This document shows positions 55,435 to 64,000 of a stretch of 64,000 bases of DNA, piece after piece; the stretch's first letter is position 1, and the number at the start of each line of letters is the position of its first letter. Where the stretch lies: positions 1,364,001 to 1,428,000 of the forward strand of contig JBODTK010000012.1 of NCBI GenBank assembly GCA_050613775.1, written 5' to 3'. Origin of the DNA: Neocallimastix sp. 'constans'. Lineage: Eukaryota. The notes beneath the pieces are model-generated. The model was not told the origin of the DNA. It saw nothing but the letters and a program-made list of their open reading frames with translations, and searched no databases. The position numbers and the translations under genes are program-made.

Positions 55435-58400
55435 TTTTAATCTTTTATGTTATAAATATCATGTAAAATGGTTAATGCAATATATTTAATATTTTCAATA
55501 AAAAAAAAGTTTTGTTTTACTATATAAAAAAAAAAAAAATAACTATAATATTTAACATACATATACTATGATAAGAAATGTATGATAAATTTTTATTTTT
55601 TTATCTTATTTTATTTTATTTTAATTCATTTTAATTTCATATCTATTTTACTACATATTAATATTAACATTTATTATAAAGCACTTTATTTTTTTTTTAA
55701 AAAAAAATGGTAATATTTCTGTAAGTATTTTAATTGTCAAATAATGACATTTAAATCAATAATTTTTTTTTTTACTATAATCCAATTTTAAAATACTATT
55801 TTTATTTAATTATTCCTTTATTTTTTTTCTAACTTCTCATATTATGGCATTTACTTTTTTGCTTTTTTTTTATTTCATAATTATTTATGCTAACTTTAAT
55901 AAAGTTAAATATATATAGTTTAGTTCCAAAAGGTGTGAAGAAAAAAAAATTCTTTATATATTATTTTTTATTATAAAAGGTACATTAACATAAAATAATT
56001 AAATAAAAAGTATTGATTGATTTGATTTTTTTATCAAAAAATATATTCAATTAACTTACATTAATTTAACTATAAAGAAACTTTTATGGTAATGAAGATT
56101 AAATAAAAATAATAATTTATAAAAAAAATAATATCTAAAAACTTTTTTTTTTAATTTTATTTAATTTAGGAAAATAATATAATTAATTGAGATATTTAAA
56201 ATTATATATATATATATATATATATAAAAAAAAGGATATGAAAGGATCATTTATGGTATTTATACTATGAAAATTGACTCAGTATAACTATAGACTTTTA
56301 TTTATCTGAAAAAAAAAAAAAGAAAGATAAATTGCTTGATAATTAATAACTAAATAATAGAGTTATCATAAATAAAAATTAATAAATTCCATTATTTCGT
56401 ATATACCTTAATTAAAATATATATATATATATTAATTTAATTTTAAATATTTTTTTTTCCTTTTTAATTTAAATAAAAACTTTAAAAAAAAAAAAATTTT
56501 TTTTAAAAAAAATTAAAATTACTATTTAAATTAAAATTTTTAATAAACAGTTTTTTTACAATTCAATCATTATCTTTTATATATTTTCATTAATCATGAT
56601 TAACAAGTATTTAACTTCTTTTGTAAAGAGTTATGGTTATCATGCAAAAAAATACAATATTTTTAATTTAATAATATAAAAACTGTATTAATATTTTATT
56701 ATTTTTTCAAAGCATGTAAATTTATTGTAAGTTTATATATTATAATTTTTCCTTATAAAAAAGTTTTATTTCTTTTTTATCTTATTTTCTTATATAATAT
56801 AATATCAAATATTAATAATTATGTTTATATAAACTTTTTTTTTAATCAGAATACATTTCATTTCTATAATAAACATAAAATATATTATATATTTATTAAA
56901 ATATTAGAATAAAATTAAATTAGTATTAACATTTTAAATATATTATTCAAAATACATAAACAAATGGTGAAATTAATAATAAAAACATTTAATATTATAA
57001 TTTACTTATTAAAAAAATAATCCAGGATAATCAAAATTTTTATTTTATTATGAATTATAATTGCAATAACTATATTATTTTAAAATTAATTGATAATTTT
57101 AATTTCTTATTGCTTTTAATTGATTTTATGGATGATTTATTTTTTTAAAATTATCTTTAAAAATTAATAAATCTCAGCCAATGATTTAACTACTTTGTCT
57201 CCAATAATAAATTCAAACATATTTATTTTAAAACTGACTACTTTATAAAATTTATAATAAATTGTTATAATAATATAATAAAATTTTTATTTTTATATTT
57301 TTATAATAATTTATATATAATTTTTATTATATTAATATTAATAATATTATTAATGATAATTACTTAATAATTATACTATATATTTATTATTATTATTTAA
57401 TATATGTATTTATTATGTAATTTATTAAAAAAATATAATTTTATTTATGCTTTATGTATTATGAAATTAAATAAATAAACAACATATATCAATTATTATA
57501 ATTATTTTTTTTTTTTACTATTATTTTAAATAAAATAAATTTTTTCTTTAAAACATATAATAAAAAAAATAATAAAAAAGAGACTTTTTTGATATATTAT
57601 ATCTTTTTTGATTTTCTAAGTTATTATTATATATTAATCTTTTATTTTTTTTAAAAAAAAAAAAAAAAAGAAAAAAAGAAAAGAAAAACAGAAATCAAAA
57701 TTATATTAATATTATGAATTCTGAATTTCAATAATTAGGGAAATATATATTCTAATAAATAAATAAAAAGCAGGAAATTTATATTTATATATTGTACTAT
57801 TCATTTTATAATTGAATTATGAATTTCTTTTAAAAAAGCAATAAAATAGACCAAAAGAATGTAATTAAATTCAAGAAATCTTATTGTTATTAATTATAAT
57901 AATCAATTTTATCTGGATATTTTATGAAAATATAAATTAACTTTAATTCATATATAAAATACAGAATTAGAACTGAATTTAATATTATGTTATTTTGTTA
58001 TTACTGAACTAATATTTATTAGTATTATTCAATACCAATATAGGGATGAATAGTGTAAAATATTAGTAATAAAAAAATTCTTTTTTTTTTTAAAAAAGTA
58101 ATTATAATATTTAATACTACAACAAAACTTTTTTCTAAATATTTATAATTTAATTTATTATTCAATACGTACTTTTAATATTTGTATATTTATTATTTAT
58201 AATTTATTACTTTATATTTATTATTAATTAAATGTTAAATTAAATTTTATTATATATTATTAAATTATCTAAAAGGGAATGCACTTTATAATGTGGCTTC
58301 GCTTCTATAATGTAGTAATTTAACTCCATAAATATTTTAATATTTTTTAATACAATTATTAAAATAAATAAATAAACTATATATATATATTTTTTAAAAA

Positions 58401-58504
58401 ATTATAGAATAAAATATTCTTTATGAGCTTTTAAAGTGTACATATATATATATGTATATATAATTAAATATAATTAAATATTTACTTAAAATATTTTATT
58501 ACAA

Positions 58505-59170
58505 ATGGAAGAAAATATAAATATTGAAATAAGTGTAACCAATCGAGGAAAAGAACAAATTATTATTAACAAAAAAATATAAATTTTATTCTTCATCTAA
58601 AAAAATAAATAGAAAAGAAAAAAAGAAAAATATAACTCTAAAATATATAGATATATTAAATATAAAACCCTTAATAAATATAAATCTTTCTTTTTTTTTT
58701 TAAACGATAAGAAGGAAATTTTAAACTATAAAAGTTTACATACTCATCTTTAAATAGAATTGGATAAATCTATATCAATTGCAAAACATAACATTAAAGA
58801 TGAAATAAGAAAAAGTTCTTCCTCTAGGTATAAAACCATATATAATGAAGTTTCATATGAAATGAGATTTACTTGTACTGGATACAATGTAATTAAAATC
58901 CAAAATAACAAGAAATATAAATAAACAATTACTTCCTGATGGAAAAAGTATGATGAAATTTTAAATGAATCAAATTATAATTATGCAGTAAGAAATGAAA
59001 ATTATATAATATTCAAAAATTCAAATTTAATAATCTTCTAATCCTCATTCCAACCAAAAATTATTTATGAAATATAATGAAGATATATTTGAAGATAATA
59101 CTTTTAATATTACACCTAAATTTAGTTATCAAGTGTTCATTACTATAACTCTTGCATTAAAGCAAGAAGA
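58505..59170 (+). pseudogene. Degraded Mutator-like (MULE) transposase
   Basis: MEENINIEISVTNRGKEQIIINKK start. The later EDIFEDNTFNITPKFSYQVFIT resembles the MULE DGTF..PK..YQ motif. Many stops and frameshifts; possible TIR remnant at ~58275-58316. Confidence 0.7.
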
Positions 59171-62051
59171 ATTTTTATCTTATAATGATTGCAAAAGAAA
59201 AGTGCAAGAATTATAAAAAAAAAATAAAAAATTGAATTTTAAATTATAATATAAGCTACTCATTAGGTCAACTAATGAAAGACTAATAAAACTGATCAAA
59301 ATGATCAAGATTACAAAATTGAAGGAACTCGCAAAATAATTGCTAAAAGAAAGTTATTGCAAGTTAAATAAAACTCCAAAAAATAAAAAAATGTTAATTT
59401 AATAGGGAAAAATAAGCGTAAAAGTATATAAATGAAAATTATATATCTTCATACTTGAAACTCTCTCTCTTAATTGAAATTCTAATTTGATATTTCAACA
59501 AATAAACTCTTGGCTATTAGTAATGTAATATATCTATACATGAATGAATCTACTATATGATAGACTTATATCCACCCCATGAATATACAAAACACAATTT
59601 AATAATATATATTACCAAGATTTAAACAGTCATTTGTTAGTTAATGATTCTTATTAAACAACAAAACACATTATTTAAAATATAACTATTTTAACGCATA
59701 TTTATACATATTTATATATTAATATAAACTACAATAATGAAGGAGATTATATGTCAGAGATTCCATACAAAATAATTTAAAATATAATATTCAAAATATT
59801 CAAGGGAAATATAATAGAATGGTAATTTTTTAGCATGAGATAGGTGCATTCTAACAATAATAGTAATATTAAACCTAGCGTGAAATGGGTTTAGATAGTA
59901 ACTAATTCAATATAATTATAATGCAAACCTTCGTGATGTAAGGTATAATAAAATAATAAATATAACCATGAGTTATATACAAATGGATGACGTTTATATT
60001 ATTCATCTCCAAACTATACTTATTAATTACAAAGTATTTTATAGTTATAATCATTAAACTTCAATCATTAATATTTTAATGATGAGAAAATTCAAATATA
60101 TAAAATTCTTTTAGAAATTTGGATTTGTACTGCTTATTTAAAATAATATTTATATTGGAAATGAATAAAATAGCCTAATAGTGAAAATTAACATAAATAA
60201 ACCCAGAAGAAAAAAAAAATTAACTGAAATATTGAATCTTAATCAATTATGAAACAATTTATTTTATTACTAAAAAATTTAAATGACTAAAATAATATAA
60301 TTATAAATACAATCAGTTTTAATACCACAAGATTATGATTTATCAAGCACAGATATATAATTAACAATTTATTTTAATATTTATCGCTAAAACTACAAAG
60401 CGATAATATATATAAACGTTAGCGCTAATCTATAAAGCGGATTATAATTAAAAGTGATATAAAACCCAATATATAAGAGGTATTCACACAAATTGAGATG
60501 GTATAATATCACCCTTCAAGAGAAAGGTTTCCATCATATAAATGATAATATATATAAACCATATTATATGAGATGTTTTAGATACATCTAATATTAATGG
60601 TATAATAATATTAAATACTCAGTTTTGGGAGGAAATTATTAGATAATAAATATATTTAAGAAATTATTTTAGCAATATTTAAATTGAATTAAATAATTAA
60701 TACAATGTAAAAATGTTTTATTCATGTAAAATTAAAGGTTAATTTAGAATAGAAATAAATAATAGTTTAATAATATCTAGTTAATATTATAAAATAGGAT
60801 AATTTTATATACCCATATTCATCAGTAAACCAATTTATTCATTATAGAATAACTAGGTTTGAGGGGGATATTAGAATATATAAAATGTATGAAAAATAAG
60901 CTTCAAATGTATTGAAACATTTTGTAATATAAATAATATATAAACCACAATGTACTTATATAAAAGTATTTAATTTAGTTATAATTAAGTGCTAGTAACT
61001 CTTTATCATATAATATATTAATAAATTGACATAATTATAAACTATAAATATTTATATTTATATTTGTATTTTTAATAACTTTTTTATCTATATCATTAAT
61101 TTACTAATAAAATTAATAACCATAGAATATTACAAAAATTTTTTTTTACTCTAAAACTTTGATTTAAATATTTTATCTATAATGAATATTTTATTTTTAA
61201 AGAATATTTATTTACATATTAATAAAAAGATTTTATAAAACTTTAATATATTTATTTTATTAAAATAAAGATTATTTTTTTTAAGGAATATTTTTTTTAT
61301 ATATTCTTAAGATATATAAACCTTTTAATAATTAAATATTTTTTTTCATATTTTAAATGCTCTTTATATATTTAAATATTTTAATTTTTTTTTTTTATAA
61401 ATATTTATATAATGAAATTTTCAAAAATATTTAATTATTAAAGTAATTTTTTTTTTTATTTCTTTTTTTTTTAAAAATAAATATTAAAATTATAATAATA
61501 AAAAAAAAACTTTAATCCTAATTTAGCGTTATTTAATAAAATTATTTATTTATTAACTTATTTGTCATATTTTTGAAACGCCACATTTTCCTAAATACAA
61601 CACATTATCTAAAAGGATAACTATCTACTTATTAATATTATTTAAAAAATAATTAATTATCATTATTGTAGAATATTATGCATCATTTAAAAAACCTTTT
61701 TTTTTTTTTTTTAACAAATGATTAAATTTTATTAATTATGTTTTATTTTAATATAATTAATTAATGAAATATAATTATTGGTTTAAAAAGAGTATGTTCA
61801 AATTATTAATTAGATGGATATATCATATGAATCCATGAATCCAGTGAGTTAAATAAAATATACATTTTCCTTTTAAATTTCATTCATAATAATAAATGTA
61901 TAAATATATAAGTATATTTTTAAATTAACAAAAAATATATATTTTAAAAGCTAAGTTTATGAAATAAAATAAAATAAAATAAAATAAAATAAAATAAAAT
62001 GATGATAATATTAAATGATAAGTGATTTAATTTTTTTTTTTTTTTAATTAA

Positions 62052-62086
<35 letters not shown>

Positions 62087-62455
62087 GGCAGATAATAGTG
62101 ACAAATCATAAATTCCATTTTATTTAATTAAAAAAAAAAAGAAAAAAAGAAAAAAGAAAAGAAAAAAAAGGCAGTTAATAGAGAAAAAACCATACTTTTT
62201 TTTTTTATTATATTTTGTTTTAATTTAATTCTTTAAATATTTGTTTGAAAAATTCGATAAAACCGTATTTAAACAATATTTTATTATAAGAATGAATTAT
62301 CTAAACAAAGTATTTAAAAATAATTAATTATGTACTATGTTTTTTTTTTTTTTTTAAAAAAAAAAAATATATATACAATAATACAAATATATAATTTAAA
62401 AAATATTTACTTTTTTAAACCACATAAATTCTTAAAAATAATAATAATAATATAT

Positions 62456-62506
<51 letters not shown>

Positions 62507-63744
62507 TTTTTTGAAAAATTTAATTTAAATTAATATAATTATTATGATTTATGAAGCATTTATATATATATATAATAACATATTTGTCAAAAAAAAAAAA
62601 AAAAATTTTTTTTTATTTTATTATTATATAATAAAGTTAGTATATAATAAAATATTAATAATTAATCATTAATGATATAAATGATTTTACCAATGATATT
62701 TTATTTCAAATAACTGAATTGGAATGACAGGGTTCAACATTAAAGTTGAAATTTAAATGATTTCTAATCACCTTTATAAGTTTAAAAAGTTAAAGTAGAA
62801 CCCTTTGAATAACTAGAAATAAATGATGATATAGATTTCATTAATGTATATAATGTAAGATTTATAATCACCTATTTTATTATTGATACAAAGTAATATA
62901 ATAATCATTAAGAAAAAAAAAATATAAAATCTATAATAATCAGCTTCTTGATAAAATGTTGATTATTATACTACATAAAAATAAAGTATATAATAATCAA
63001 TGATAAATTTAGGAAAATAAGCAAAAATATTTTAAGCAAGTGATGTAATTATTAACTAAATTAAAAGGTATATAAACAATTAAAGCAAAAGGTTTTAAAT
63101 GTTGAATTCATAAATTAATTTAACAATTAACTGATAACAATTATTAACTAAGCAAAAATAATTATAATTATTATTATTAAAATTTAGTACTATAGGTAAA
63201 TTAAATAAAATAAAATAAATAGTGAAGTAATATAAAAGAATTATAAAATATTAGAGATATATTTAATTTATATTTCTTTTAAGTTATAAAAAATTATTTT
63301 AAATATTTAATAATTATTGATTATACTTTTTTTTATATTTTTTATTTTATTTTTTATTTTTTATTATGTATTATTTATTTATTTTGAAATTTTTACTATT
63401 TTTTTTCTTTTACAAATTTAAATATTAATTTCATTATTTTAATATATTTCATTTGACATGTAATTTTCTATTTAAATAAAAAAAGTTAAAATGTTAATAC
63501 AAATTCATCTCCAAATGAAGAAAATTAAAATTAAAGCTATTTAAAAAAAAATTAAAAAAAATTTTTTTATTTATTAAAAGATATATTGATTTAATAAACA
63601 TATATTTAAATTTAATTTATTAAATACAAGAACATATTTTTATTAATAATTTAAATTTAGTATCAATTAAGATTCATTAATTAAATGTTACATTGAATCA
63701 ATTAAAAAATAATTCTTAATAATGATATAATTTTTTTTATAGAC

Positions 63745-63867
63745 TTTATAGAGAAAAGTTTATTTAATAAAAAAATCTTATTCAATAATATAATATAATA
63801 TAATTTTTTTTTATAGATTTTAATCACTTTTAGAGAAAAGTTTATTTAATATAAAAATCTTATTCAA
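63745..63867. repeat. Short direct duplication (tagagaaaagtttatttaat..aaaaatcttattcaa)
   Basis: Two copies ~82 bp apart. Confidence 0.75.
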
Positions 63868-64000
63868 CCTAATTTTAAAAAAAGTTAATATAATATTTTT
63901 TATTGCCAAATATATTACATCAAGTTTATGTTGTTTTAAACCATATAGAAAAAAAGTTTCAACTTTTTATTTATCCAATATGTCATGTATAAATATAGAC

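Noticed and set aside
59400..60900. Patchy GC-richer sequence with small hairpins (e.g. tatcgct..agcgata near 60382)
   Set aside because: Probably decayed TE sequence, but no motif or terminus could be assigned.

Overview
Extremely AT-rich eukaryotic genomic DNA with GT-AG introns. The gene content (two flagellar genes, a class-C-like 7TM receptor fragment, a MULE relic starting MEENINIEISVTNRGKEQIII) and the composition suggest an anaerobic gut fungus (Neocallimastigomycota); this is an inference. Host genes are an intronless F-box-like orphan, CFAP77, a CCDC42/CFAP73-family gene, an N/Y/S-rich low-complexity gene, profilin, pelota/Dom34, a ZNF511-like zinc-finger gene and cytoplasmic aspartyl-tRNA synthetase. 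The main structure is a ~14 kb nest of APE-RT non-LTR retrotransposons (about 30768-44700) between the convergent 3' ends of profilin and pelota. Target-site duplications (TSDs) resolve it into four insertions within ~210 bp of one old LINE copy. A fifth insertion is a chimera: an antisense GPCR fragment joined to a LINE 3' half inside one 13-bp TSD. Other signals are CpG-specific decay of repeats, template-switch inversions with A-B-A'-B' topology, a foldback element, a run of phase-0 microexons and an extra helical insertion in AspRS, and A-rich splice-acceptor tracts. Most short ORFs in the track are artefacts of (TTA)n, poly-T and hexamer repeats.
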